From: an uncultured Clostridia bacterium
GTDB taxonomy: Bacteria; Bacillota; Clostridia; UBA1381
NCBI GenBank assembly: GCA_934486495.1
Contig: CAKSPW010000003.1
Coordinates: forward strand, 2,050 to 66,049
Reading direction: 5' to 3'
DNA: 64,000 nt
Part shown: in pieces, positions 1 through 8,819 of the stretch
Layout of the letters: every line of letters begins with the position of its first letter
Numbering within the stretch: the first letter of the stretch is position 1
The notes under the pieces: generated by a model
Seen by the model: the letters and a program-made list of their open reading frames with translations, nothing else
Database searches by the model: none
What the model was told of the DNA's origin: nothing
Made by a program: the position numbers and the translations under genes

Positions 1-484
1 TATCGTATTTAATGGATGATAAGTAAATCAACAGTATTAAACATACAAGTATTCTTGCAACGACTTTAAATACTGAGAATTCCTTTTCATCAAGAGGCTT
101 TGCCTTTGACGCCACAGGCGAAACGGCAAACATTATCCCTGATGAAATCAGCATGACCGTTAAATATATCATGCTGTTGTAGCCGGCATACTTTACGAAC
201 AATACACAAAGTACGCTAAGCACACAAGATGACAAATAACAAATTATCGTATTGTCAAAATGAAATCCTCCAACGTATTTTCTCAGTGCCTTATATATTA
301 TCCAAAATATTAAAACACCTTTGAAGCAGCCTGCCAGGAATCCGATAAGAAGCACCGTTATATCGGTTACGGCTATTGTAAGAAGCAGTTCAAGACCGTA
401 TGAATACTCACGCGTTTCGCTTTCGTTGATAAGACCGTGACTTGCGGCCTTATCAACGATTTTGGTAGCTTTTGAGGCAAACAT
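1..484 (-). CDS. agrB: AgrB-family membrane peptidase (accessory gene regulator B), 3' end cut by window edge
   Basis: Own translation from ATG at 484..482: MFASKATKIVDKAASHGLINESETREYSYGLELLL...YKALRKYVGGFHFDN... It is multi-TM with the R-K-x-x-GG-[FY]-H motif typical of AgrB. Its start overlaps the stop of the upstream peptide ORF (ATGA). Confidence 0.75.
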   Translation of the reverse strand, partial: MFASKATKIVDKAASHGLINESETREYSYGLELLLTIAVTDITVLLIGFLAGCFKGVLIFWIIYKALRKYVGGFHFDNTIICYLSSCVLSVLCVLFVKYAGYNSMIYLTVMLISSGIMFAVSPVASKAKPLDEKEFSVFKVVARILVCLILLIYLSSIKYD

Positions 485-639
485 CAGAATAATCTGTATT
501 TCTTAAGATTAGCCGGTGCCTTTGGCTGACCGTTTACCGGAGTAGCAACTGAGTTTGTGTTAATGATAAGTGCCAATGTTGCAACTACCGGAACAGCTTT
601 AAGCAAAAACATAGATACTTTTGTAAATGCTTTTTTCAT
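484..639 (-). CDS. AgrD-like autoinducing-peptide precursor, 51 aa, cysteine-free
   Basis: Internal Met32 of the 82-aa track ORF, preceded by RBS AAAGGGATGA. Sequence: MKKAFTKVSMFLLKAVPVVATLALIINTNSVATPVNGQPKAPANLKKYRLF. It has a hydrophobic N-terminal helix, a QPKxP motif like clostridial AgrD and a charged tail, and sits between an AgrC-like HK and AgrB. Confidence 0.6.
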   Translation of the reverse strand: MKKAFTKVSMFLLKAVPVVATLALIINTNSVATPVNGQPKAPANLKKYRLF

Positions 640-738
640 AATATCATCCCTTTCTAAAATTATGAAAACATTATAGTACATTTTCAAAAAAAAATCAAGA
701 GGTTTTCGCAAAGTGGTTAAAAAGTCGCGCAAAGTGGT

Positions 739-2013
739 TTAAGAATTATGGTTGATAACTACTATCGTTTTGAAAAATTCACTTTTTTCATCATAGAACC
801 ATTCGTATTTGCCTTGATACTTCAAAACTGCCGATATAATACTTTTTACTCCAAAACCGTGATTTTGCTTGTCTTCCTTGCTTGTCAAAAGCGTGCCGTC
901 GTCAGAAACGGGCGGAGCAACGGCACAAGTGTTTTCTGTTTTAATAACGGTAAATACGGTATTTACATCGCCCACACTCAAATATATATTTTTCTTCTGT
1001 GCATCTTCACACGCTTCTATTGAATTGTTTAAGAGATTTGAAAATATGGTTATTGAATCAATATCCCCCAAAAACTTCATAGAGCTTCGGAACGGATTTA
1101 TGCACAGCATAATTTTCTTCTTGATACATTCTCTAACCTTTTCGTTTATTAAAATGTTTAGCACCTCATTATCGGTGTAATCATCGCTTATATGCTCCGC
1201 ATACAGTTTTTTAAGCTCGTTTGAAACGTTCTGCATCGCATTTGCATCCGTTTTTGAAAGAGCCTCGAGAGTATTTATGTATTCCTTAAAATCATGTTTG
1301 AGCATTCTCATTTCCTGACAGTTTCTGTCGATAAGCTCGAGTTGCTTATGCGTCGGCGTATTTTCCTCGCTTTCGGCACGGAGCGTGTCGAGCTCATGCT
1401 TGCTTTTGCAGAATAAATCGTTAAGAGAGAAAATAGTTATATTTACAATGAATATGAAAATGCTTGAAAATATAAAAATTCCGTAACTGAGCTTGCTGTC
1501 TGTTATCAAAATAAGAAATATAAGACTCAGTATCGGCAAAATAATCATAATAGGAATACTTTGCGTAAGATATTGTTTTCCGTTTGTGATAAATTTTTTT
1601 AATACGAATACGCCAAGCAGGAAAAGAATTTTACTCGTAACCGTCAGCGTAAGCGATTGCTGAGGCGTAATTACGACCGTTTCGGTAAGCGTTAGGTTTA
1701 TATTCATAAGCCACAAAACGGCATATTCGCTCAAGACCGACCAAATGTCCAAAATTGTACACTGCAAAAATGCATTTGCGAAATTAACCTCAAAGCATCT
1801 GTAAAGAAAAAGTAAATTTATAACCAAAAAAGCCGTAATTGAACCGATTATATTGCCGATTCCGGCAACAAAAAGAATAATCAGATATCCAACTAAGGCA
1901 TATGTATTTCTAACTGAAGATGATTTTCGCAAAGGAAAGCTGGTTGTAAATAAAAAATAGGTGGGGATAAATTCAAACAATACCCCCAAAAGTAACCCCA
2001 AATCGAATCTCAT
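739..2013 (-). CDS. AgrC-like sensor histidine kinase (polytopic N-terminus, GHKL ATPase C-terminus)
   Basis: About 200 aa of TM helices, then an H-box (MLKHDFKEYIN) and a G-box (NHGFGVKSI). The start is taken at Met7 (ATG 2013..2011), with GGAGG 6 nt upstream and an ATGA overlap with the RR stop. Confidence 0.8.
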   Translation of the reverse strand: MRFDLGLLLGVLFEFIPTYFLFTTSFPLRKSSSVRNTYALVGYLIILFVAGIGNIIGSITAFLVINLLFLYRCFEVNFANAFLQCTILDIWSVLSEYAVLWLMNINLTLTETVVITPQQSLTLTVTSKILFLLGVFVLKKFITNGKQYLTQSIPIMIILPILSLIFLILITDSKLSYGIFIFSSIFIFIVNITIFSLNDLFCKSKHELDTLRAESEENTPTHKQLELIDRNCQEMRMLKHDFKEYINTLEALSKTDANAMQNVSNELKKLYAEHISDDYTDNEVLNILINEKVRECIKKKIMLCINPFRSSMKFLGDIDSITIFSNLLNNSIEACEDAQKKNIYLSVGDVNTVFTVIKTENTCAVAPPVSDDGTLLTSKEDKQNHGFGVKSIISAVLKYQGKYEWFYDEKSEFFKTIVVINHNS

Positions 2014-2720
2014 ACCATACCTCCGGCCCACGCAACAAAGCGTTTGTCAAACTCTGCGGTACAGCGTCTTGACAGAATTATGCTTTCGTCCTTTACGCCG
2101 AAGCATTTAACTCCGAATTTATCAAAGCCTGCAACATAGGCAAGATTAACCATATAGCTTGCGTGAGTCTTTACAAAGTTTTTATTTTTAAGCTTTTCGT
2201 AAAAATGCTTGAATCTTTCGTTTGTTCTGATTTTACCACTCGTGGTTATAACGTAAGTTTTTCTGTCTTTGGTATATATGAAAATTATATTCTTTATCAA
2301 AAAAGTATACTTATTGCCTTTATCGTCCGCAATATTAATACACGATTTTTTCTCTTCCATGCGTGCGAGCGCGCTGTCAATTCCGTCGGAAAGCCGATGC
2401 TCGTCGATAGGCTTTGTCCAAAATCTGAATGCGTCACTGTCAAGGGCATTATCCATGTATACATTATGATTTGTAACAAAAAACACAAAGCAGTTCGGAT
2501 GTTTTGTATGTATTCGTTTTGCAAATTCCATTCCGCTCATTTCCGGCATTTCCACATCAACAAAAATAAAATCGTAATATTTTTTAGCATCAAGCAGTTT
2601 TTGCGGAGAAGAGTACTGATGAACTGTGCATAAAATATCTTTTTCGCCAAATACTTTGCGAATCATTGAAGCTTGAGCATTTAGAGTTTTTGCATTATCA
2701 TCACATACGGCAGCCAACAT
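2010..2720 (-). CDS. LytTR-family response regulator (AgrA-like)
   Basis: Receiver domain (FVDVEMPEMSGMEFAKRI) plus a C-terminal LytTR-type DNA-binding region (THASYMVNLAYV). It is the first gene of the cassette. Confidence 0.85.
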   Translation of the reverse strand: MLAAVCDDNAKTLNAQASMIRKVFGEKDILCTVHQYSSPQKLLDAKKYYDFIFVDVEMPEMSGMEFAKRIHTKHPNCFVFFVTNHNVYMDNALDSDAFRFWTKPIDEHRLSDGIDSALARMEEKKSCINIADDKGNKYTFLIKNIIFIYTKDRKTYVITTSGKIRTNERFKHFYEKLKNKNFVKTHASYMVNLAYVAGFDKFGVKCFGVKDESIILSRRCTAEFDKRFVAWAGGMV

Positions 2721-2772
2721 TTTATTTCACCCATTGCATAAAATCTTTTTAGTCCAAGTAAGACTTATTATG

Positions 2773-2801
2773 ATTATATCACATTTGAAAGTGACTGTCA
2801 A
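2773..2801 (-). promoter_or_regulatory. Sigma-A type promoter of the agr-like operon
   Basis: The minus strand reads TTGACA-17 nt-TATAAT with a TG-extended -10 (TGTGATATAAT), about 50 nt upstream of the RR start. Confidence 0.6.
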
Positions 2802-2871
2802 CGATTTCTTAAAAAGATATCATGACCGCCTTCAAGATTATCTAATATGACGAAAAAACAACGATTTCTTA
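2799..2871 (-). promoter_or_regulatory. Two exact 13-bp direct repeats (CAACGATTTCTTA on +, 2799..2811 and 2859..2871), candidate regulator sites
   Basis: An exact repeat is seen in the sequence. The proximal copy overlaps the -35 hexamer and the copies are 60 bp apart. Confidence 0.4.
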
Positions 2872-3054
2872 TTTTATTCGACAAATTTCACAAGTAAAAA
2901 CTTATAGCAATAACGATTAAAGGTGATTAGTGGTATAATAATACATCAGATAATAATGTTCAATTTGTCATATTGCACTACTTGGCGGTATTTACCGGCA
3001 AAAAAAAGGAGCTGCACATTGCAACACCTTTTTAATAATTTACACTTTAACTTC

Positions 3055-3318
3055 TTACGAAAGCTTTGCAAGCATAAGAGAAAGCTGTGACTTCTTTCTT
3101 GCAGCCTTGTTCTTATGAAGAATACCGCGGCATACACCCTTATCGAGCTTCTTTGCAGCCTCATTGTAAAGAACCTTTGCTTCTTCTGCATTGCCTGCTT
3201 CAACAGCTGCTTCGAACTTCTTTATAGCTGTCTTAAGAGCTGTCTTGTGCTGTGTGTTAATAAGAGTCTTCTTCTCTATAACCTTAACACGCTTTTTTGC
3301 TGACTTAATGTTAGGCAT
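3055..3318 (-). CDS. rpsT: 30S ribosomal protein S20
   Basis: [35 protein letters not shown]... is a classic S20 N-terminus. The start is at Met24 of the track ORF. Confidence 0.95.
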   Translation of the reverse strand: MPNIKSAKKRVKVIEKKTLINTQHKTALKTAIKKFEAAVEAGNAEEAKVLYNEAAKKLDKGVCRGILHKNKAARKKSQLSLMLAKLS

Positions 3319-3592
3319 TAAAATCCACCTCCGAAAATTTAATATATAATACCCTACTATCATAACATATATTATAAAAAAAAGCAAGAGATTTTTAAAT
3401 ATTTTTTTAAAATTGCTGTATTATTTGTATTTTTGCACCCATTTTTAGTATATTTTTAATAGCCAAACAAATAATCAAGCATAAATTCTGCTTTTTGAGG
3501 CCTTTACAAACCAAATGAAGCTTATGTTTTGTATTGTAAAATCGTATTTTTCATGGAATTGTTACAAAAACCATAAATTTTTCTATTATGTC

Positions 3593-3621
3593 TTGACAAA
3601 AGCAAAAAAAGGTGATATAAT
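3593..3621 (+). promoter_or_regulatory. Consensus sigma-A promoter (TTGACA-17-TATAAT)
   Basis: Exact hexamers at 3593..3598 and 3616..3621, upstream of the decayed ORF and tRNA-Leu. Confidence 0.55.
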
Positions 3622-3864
3622 AGGCAAGTATCTTGTTTTGGTGCTTTAGATGAATTGTTAATCGGATTCGGATATATTCGCACGGAACAAGATGTTGTTT
3701 CTAAAATGAATATAGCATTGAAAGAAACCTTAGAAACAAAATATTGGATTAAGCTTTTAAAGACAACCGGATTTCTTTCCGAGAAAGAAAGTTCTTTACT
3801 TTTAGCTAATTGTGTTGAATAGGAAAAATTGTTAGTAAGCATTATAAAATCATCAAAACAGTAA
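3616..3864 (+). pseudogene. C-terminal remnant of a four-helix-bundle protein (23S rRNA IVS-type), interrupted by in-frame TAG at 3820..3822
   Basis: Frame translation: ...DELLIGFGYIRTEQDVVSKMNIALKETLETKYWIKLLKTTGFLSEKESSLLLANCVE*EKLLVSIIKSSKQ*. It resembles the conserved C-terminal half of this family (ALKE..ET.YWL.LL). No N-terminal half and no start codon are present. Confidence 0.5.
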
Positions 3865-3902
3865 TTTTACATTTCCCATTTTCAACCTTCAATTTAATAC
3901 AT

Positions 3903-3986
3903 GCGCCTGTGGCGGAATTGGCAGACGCGCCAGACTTAGGATCTGGTGTCCCCGACGTGAAGGTTCAAGTCCTTTCAGGCGCACCA
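3903..3986 (+). tRNA. tRNA-Leu, anticodon UAG, encoded CCA
   Basis: Cloverleaf by eye: acceptor GCGCCTG/CAGGCGC, anticodon stem CCAGA/TCTGG with loop CTTAGGA, long variable arm, T-arm GAAGG-TTCAAGT-CCTTT. Confidence 0.95.
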
Positions 3987-3990
3987 CGTT

Positions 3991-4024
3991 AGAGCAAGCA
4001 ATATATCGCTTGCTCTAATTTTTT
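3991..4024 (+). terminator. Rho-independent terminator after tRNA-Leu
   Basis: Stem AGAGCAAGC/GCTTGCTCT followed by a T-run. Confidence 0.8.
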
Positions 4025-4089
4025 ATAAAACACGCAAAAATCGCGTATTTTAGTAATGATATAAAAAATTATGTACAATTAAGGACTTT

Positions 4090-4118
4090 GGCATCTGTTT
4101 TAGCGGCAGATGCTTTTT
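4090..4118 (+). terminator. Orphan terminator-like hairpin
   Basis: GGCATCTG-N9-CAGATGC followed by TTTTT. No CDS lies upstream of it. Confidence 0.4.
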
Positions 4119-4453
4119 CATGCCCGCATTTAAGGAGTTGATGCAATATGGGTATTTTGCAAGGGCTATTCCGTTAAAGGTATAAACTCCAAAAGAGAAC
4201 CGCAGGCTCCGGTTACGGTTTTTTCTTCGGAGGAACAACTTCCGGAAAAGCGGTAACCGAACGGGGTGGCATGCGGATGACGGCAGTGTATATTAGACGG
4301 CTGTTATCTGTTTGAATTTGTTAAGCCGTTCAAATTATACCCGTGTCAATGATGATATTAAGTTATAAATCAACAATTTTTCGCAGTCTCACTTGAATTT
4401 GCCCTTTAAGTTTGATATAATGATTAGGCAAAATATTATGAAACGGTGATAAA

Positions 4454-5362
4454 ATGAACATTTATAAAAAAACCTGTGTCTATTCGCTTTTGGCGATTTT
4501 TTGTTGCTTTTTGTGGGGCAGTGCGTTTGCGACGATAAAGGTCGGCTACGAGCTTTTTAGAATTGAGGGGACGGGGTCGCAAATCCTGTTTGCCGGGATG
4601 AGATTTGTGCTTGCGGGTGTGTATGTTATAGCCGCACTGTGCGTAAAAAACAAACGACTTGTGTATCCTAAGTTTAAATCGCTCGGCATGGTATGCAAAA
4701 TATCCTTGTGCCAGACGTTTTTGCAGTATATTTTCTTCTATGTGGGGCTTGCCGGGACGACAGCTGTTAAAGCGTCGCTTCTTGACGGCGCAAGTGTTTT
4801 CTTTGCGATAATCATATCTTCCGTCATATTCCGCATGGAAAAGCTGACGGTAAGAAAAATAACGGCGTGTATTGTCGGCTTTGCCGGGATATTTCTTATA
4901 AATATAAACGGCTTGTCACCGGATATTAATTCGGGCGATATAATGCTGCTTATTTCTTCTGTTGCATATGCATCGTCGTCGGTGCTTATAAAGAGGTATT
5001 CTCAAAGCGAGGACCCTGTTATAATCAGCGGTTATCAGTTTGTTATAGGCGGAGTTTTGCTGTGCGCTGTCGGTCTTATGCTCGGTGGAGAAGTAAATAC
5101 GGTAACGTTTAAAGGCATACTTATTCTGATGTATCTTGCGTTTATATCGGCAGCCGCATATTCGATTTGGGGTATTCTTTTAAAATACAATCCCGTGTCA
5201 AAAATATCGGTGTTCAGCTTTACGATACAGATTTTCGGAGTTGTTATATCAAGAATTGTTTTGGCTGAGGACATAACGGCGTCAATATTTACATATATCG
5301 CTTCGCTTGTTCTCATTTGCGGCGGAATATATATTCTGAACAGAAAAGCAGAGGATGATTAA
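4454..5362 (+). CDS. EamA/DMT-family transporter
   Basis: 302 aa with about 10 TM helices and two EamA-like halves. Confidence 0.8.
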   Translation: MNIYKKTCVYSLLAIFCCFLWGSAFATIKVGYELFRIEGTGSQILFAGMRFVLAGVYVIAALCVKNKRLVYPKFKSLGMVCKISLCQTFLQYIFFYVGLAGTTAVKASLLDGASVFFAIIISSVIFRMEKLTVRKITACIVGFAGIFLININGLSPDINSGDIMLLISSVAYASSSVLIKRYSQSEDPVIISGYQFVIGGVLLCAVGLMLGGEVNTVTFKGILILMYLAFISAAAYSIWGILLKYNPVSKISVFSFTIQIFGVVISRIVLAEDITASIFTYIASLVLICGGIYILNRKAEDD

Positions 5363-7084
5363 ATGAAATATCTTATTCCTTATTTAAAAAAATATAAGCT
5401 TGAGAGTATTCTGGCACCGCTTTTTAAAATGCTTGAGGCTTCATTTGACCTTATAGTGCCCGTCGTGGTGGCGCAGATAATAAATATCGGAATAGCAAAC
5501 AATGACGTAAAATACATTGCTGAGAGATTTTTAATTCTTATTCTTATGGCTGTGTTCGGACTGTTATGCAGTACGGTTGCGCAGTATTTTGCGGCAAAGG
5601 CGGCGGTAGGAACGGCGGCGTCTTTGAGATACAGACTGCTTGAGCATATACAAACGCTTTCATATAAGGAGCTTGACAATATCGGCTTATCTTCGCTTAT
5701 AACACGCATGACTTCCGATATAAATCAGGTTCAAAACGGAATTAATATGTTTTTGCGGCTTTTTCTTCGAAGCCCGTTTATAGTTTTCGGCGCAATGATT
5801 ATGGCGTTTACTATAAATTTTAAAGCGGCGCTTATTTTTGCGGCGGCAATACCGATACTTTTTGTGATAGTGTTCGGAATAATGTTTATAACAAAGCCGA
5901 TGTACAAAAAAAGTCAGTCGCAGCTTGATAAGGTCACATCATCAACGAGAGAAAATTTGACGGGTGTGCGTGTGGTCCGTGCTTTTTCTAAGGAAAAGGA
6001 CGAATATAAGCATTTTTCGGAAATTAACGGAATGCTTGAGAAAATACAGCTCGGCGCGGGAAGAATAAGTGCAATGCTCAATCCGCTTACTTATGTTGTA
6101 ATTAACGGCGGAATAATTCTTATTTTGTGGCTCGGCGCAAAAAGCGTAAACGGCGGTCTTATTCTGTCGGGAGATATAATTGCGCTTGTAAACTATATAT
6201 CGCAGATATTAACGGAGCTTGTAAAGCTTGCAAATTTGATTGTTCTTTTAAGCCGTGCTGTTGTAAGCATGGGCAGAGTCGGCGGAATTTTGGATATTGA
6301 AGGTTCAATGACGTTCGGAAACGTAAAGTCGGGAAACGATACGAAAGAAAAGGTCAGATTTGAAAATGTAAGTTTAAAATATTCCGAGGGTGCGGATGAG
6401 GCACTGAGCAACATAAGCTTTACCGCAGAAAAAGGTCAAACAATCGGCATAATCGGTTCTACGGGCAGCGGTAAGACATCGCTTGTGAATCTTATTCCGA
6501 GATTTTATGACGCAACGGGCGGAACGGTTTATATTGACGGAGTGCCGATTAAGTCGTGGGATAAATCAGCGCTTAAGGAAAAAACGGCGGTTGTTGCTCA
6601 AAAGGTACAGCTGTTTTCGGGAACGGTAAGAAGCAATCTTTTATTCGGCAAATCCGATGCGACAGATGAGCAAATGTATGCGGCGCTCGAAAGAGCACAG
6701 GCTCTGGAGTTTGTAAAAAGCAAGGACGGCGTGCTTGACGCCAAGGTTGAACAGGGCGGCCGCAATTTCTCCGGAGGTCAAAGACAGCGGCTTTCAATTG
6801 CAAGAGCCGTTATAAAAAATCCCGAAATTCTTATTCTTGACGACAGCTCCTCGGCGCTCGATTATGCAACCGATGCCGCACTTCGCCGTGAGATTAAAAA
6901 GCTTTCGGAGGATATGACGGTGTTTATCGTAAGCCAAAGAACGTCATCAATAGCTCATGCAGACAAAATACTTGTTCTTGACGACGGCTGTTTGTCGGGG
7001 GTGGGCACGCATGACGAGCTTCTGAAAAACTGTGCCGTATACAGAGAAATACATGAAAGCACATCAAAAAAGGAGCGCGGGTAG
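5363..7084 (+). CDS. ABC exporter, fused permease/ATPase (heterodimeric MDR type, subunit 1)
   Basis: 6-TM domain plus Walker A GSTGSGKTS, signature FSGGQRQRLSIAR and Walker B ILILDD. Confidence 0.9.
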   Translation: MKYLIPYLKKYKLESILAPLFKMLEASFDLIVPVVVAQIINIGIANNDVKYIAERFLILILMAVFGLLCSTVAQYFAAKAAVGTAASLRYRLLEHIQTLSYKELDNIGLSSLITRMTSDINQVQNGINMFLRLFLRSPFIVFGAMIMAFTINFKAALIFAAAIPILFVIVFGIMFITKPMYKKSQSQLDKVTSSTRENLTGVRVVRAFSKEKDEYKHFSEINGMLEKIQLGAGRISAMLNPLTYVVINGGIILILWLGAKSVNGGLILSGDIIALVNYISQILTELVKLANLIVLLSRAVVSMGRVGGILDIEGSMTFGNVKSGNDTKEKVRFENVSLKYSEGADEALSNISFTAEKGQTIGIIGSTGSGKTSLVNLIPRFYDATGGTVYIDGVPIKSWDKSALKEKTAVVAQKVQLFSGTVRSNLLFGKSDATDEQMYAALERAQALEFVKSKDGVLDAKVEQGGRNFSGGQRQRLSIARAVIKNPEILILDDSSSALDYATDAALRREIKKLSEDMTVFIVSQRTSSIAHADKILVLDDGCLSGVGTHDELLKNCAVYREIHESTSKKERG

Positions 7085-7085
7085 A

Positions 7086-8819
7086 ATGAAAAAAAATCAA
7101 ATCGGACGAATAATGTCATATATTAAGCCGTATGGTTTTTTGACGGCAGTAAGCTTTGTAAGCGCCGCTGTTTCGGCGTGTATCGGGCTTTTAATACCGA
7201 TTTTCAGCGGCCGTGCGATAGACGGCATGATAGGAAAAGGAAAAGTTGATTTTGCCGTTGTTGCAAAATACGGCATATATATCGCAGTTGCCGCAGGTAT
7301 CGGCGCAGTGCTTCAGCAGGTTATGGCAATGTGTAATAATAAAATCACATACGGAATTGCAAAACGACTCAGAAACGAGGCAACCGAAAAGATTCATCGC
7401 TTACCGCTTTCATATCTCGATTCACATCCGTCAGGCGACATATTAAGCCGTATTATAACCGATATAGATACTTTTTCAGACGGTATGCTTATGGGATTAT
7501 CTCAGTTGTTTACAGGCGTTATAACGATTGTCGGAACACTTTCGGTTATGTTTTTCTATAACACGCCAATAACCGTTATAGTGTTTGTTCTTACACCGCT
7601 TTCGCTGTTTGTTGCCTCTTTTATTTCAAAGAAAACGAGAAGGTATTTTACCGAACAGGCACAGGTGCGAGGCGAGGAAACGGCGCTTATTAACGAGATT
7701 ATAGACGGTCAAAAGGTTATTTACGCTTTTTCACATGAAAGAAAAGCTCTTGAGGAATTCGGCGATGTAAACGATCGACTTAAAAAAGCGTCGTTTAGCG
7801 CAACGTTTTATTCAAGCCTTGCAAATCCGAGCACACGTCTTGTAAATAATATAGTATATGCCGGGGTAACTCTTGCAAGTGCGCTGTTTTCGGTCGGCGG
7901 CGGAATTACAATCGGTCAGTTGAGCGTATTTTTAAGCTATGCAAGCCAATATGCAAAGCCGTTTAACGAAATAAGCGGAGTAATAACAGAGCTTCAAAAT
8001 GCGTTTGCGTCGGTTGGCAGGGTATTTGAGCTGCTGGATGAAACGGAAGAAACACCGGATTCGGAAGATGCCCGAACGCTTGAAAATGCAGGGAGTGTTT
8101 CGCTTAGGAACGTATCGTTCGGATATACGCCCGAGAAAATACTGCTTAAGAATATAACTCTTGATGTAAAGCGCGGACAGCGTGTGGCAATAGTCGGCCC
8201 GACAGGCTGCGGAAAGACAACGCTTATTAATCTTCTTATGAGATTTTATCATGTCGGCGGCGGAGAAATTTGTGTGGACGGCATAAACATAGAAAACGTG
8301 ACAAAAGACTCGCTTCGCCGCAGCTATGGTATGGTGCTTCAGGATACATGGCTGAAAAATGCAACCGTTAAGGAAAATATCGCCTACGGAAACCCGGGCG
8401 CAACCGATGAGGAAATAATAAATGCCGCAAAAGCCGCATATGCTGACTCTTTTATCCGCCGCCTGCCGAACGGATACGACACTGTAATTAACGAAAACGG
8501 TGACGGAATATCACTCGGACAAAAACAGCTTTTGTGCATAGCGAGGGCAATGCTTTGTTTGCCGCCGATGCTTATTCTCGATGAGGCAACATCATCAATA
8601 GATACGAGAACGGAAATAAAAATACAGTCGGCTTTTTCCGATATGATGAACGGAAGAACAAGCTTTATAGTCGCACACAGACTGTCTACAATAATGGGTG
8701 CGGATATAATTTTGGTTATGAAGGACGGAAATATAATCGAAAAAGGCACACATGACGAGCTTCTTGAAAAGAACGGATTTTATGCCGAGCTGTATAACAG
8801 TCAGTTTTCTGCTGCATGA
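7086..8819 (+). CDS. ABC exporter, fused permease/ATPase (subunit 2)
   Basis: Walker A GPTGCGKTT, signature ISLGQKQLLCIAR and Walker B MLILDE. The start is at Met19 of the track ORF (ATG 7086) behind AGGAG. Confidence 0.9.
   Translation: MKKNQIGRIMSYIKPYGFLTAVSFVSAAVSACIGLLIPIFSGRAIDGMIGKGKVDFAVVAKYGIYIAVAAGIGAVLQQVMAMCNNKITYGIAKRLRNEATEKIHRLPLSYLDSHPSGDILSRIITDIDTFSDGMLMGLSQLFTGVITIVGTLSVMFFYNTPITVIVFVLTPLSLFVASFISKKTRRYFTEQAQVRGEETALINEIIDGQKVIYAFSHERKALEEFGDVNDRLKKASFSATFYSSLANPSTRLVNNIVYAGVTLASALFSVGGGITIGQLSVFLSYASQYAKPFNEISGVITELQNAFASVGRVFELLDETEETPDSEDARTLENAGSVSLRNVSFGYTPEKILLKNITLDVKRGQRVAIVGPTGCGKTTLINLLMRFYHVGGGEICVDGINIENVTKDSLRRSYGMVLQDTWLKNATVKENIAYGNPGATDEEIINAAKAAYADSFIRRLPNGYDTVINENGDGISLGQKQLLCIARAMLCLPPMLILDEATSSIDTRTEIKIQSAFSDMMNGRTSFIVAHRLSTIMGADIILVMKDGNIIEKGTHDELLEKNGFYAELYNSQFSAA

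Noticed and set aside
2163-2633. 156-aa and smaller ORFs antisense to the LytTR response regulator
   Set aside because: The minus-strand gene has clear receiver and LytTR motifs. The + strand frames have no RBS or recognisable features.
3522-3842. 106-aa minus-strand ORF
   Set aside because: The opposite (+) frame carries clear similarity to the C-terminus of four-helix-bundle proteins, and a consensus + strand promoter precedes it. The minus-strand ORF is treated as a shadow frame.
4141-4185. Mini-ORFs (MQYGYFARAIPLKV, MGILQGLFR) behind AAGGAG in the 4.0-4.45 kb spacer
   Set aside because: They are too short and unsupported to call as genes. They are mentioned only as possible leader peptides in the corresponding finding.
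7032-7085. Long N-terminal extensions of several track ORFs (e.g. 7032, 9484, 15172, 16002, 18694, 21045, 52537, 57828, 58567, 61130)
   Set aside because: The extensions overlap the upstream genes and lack an RBS. Internal ATG/GTG codons with Shine-Dalgarno sequences at 5-10 nt give N-termini typical of the families.
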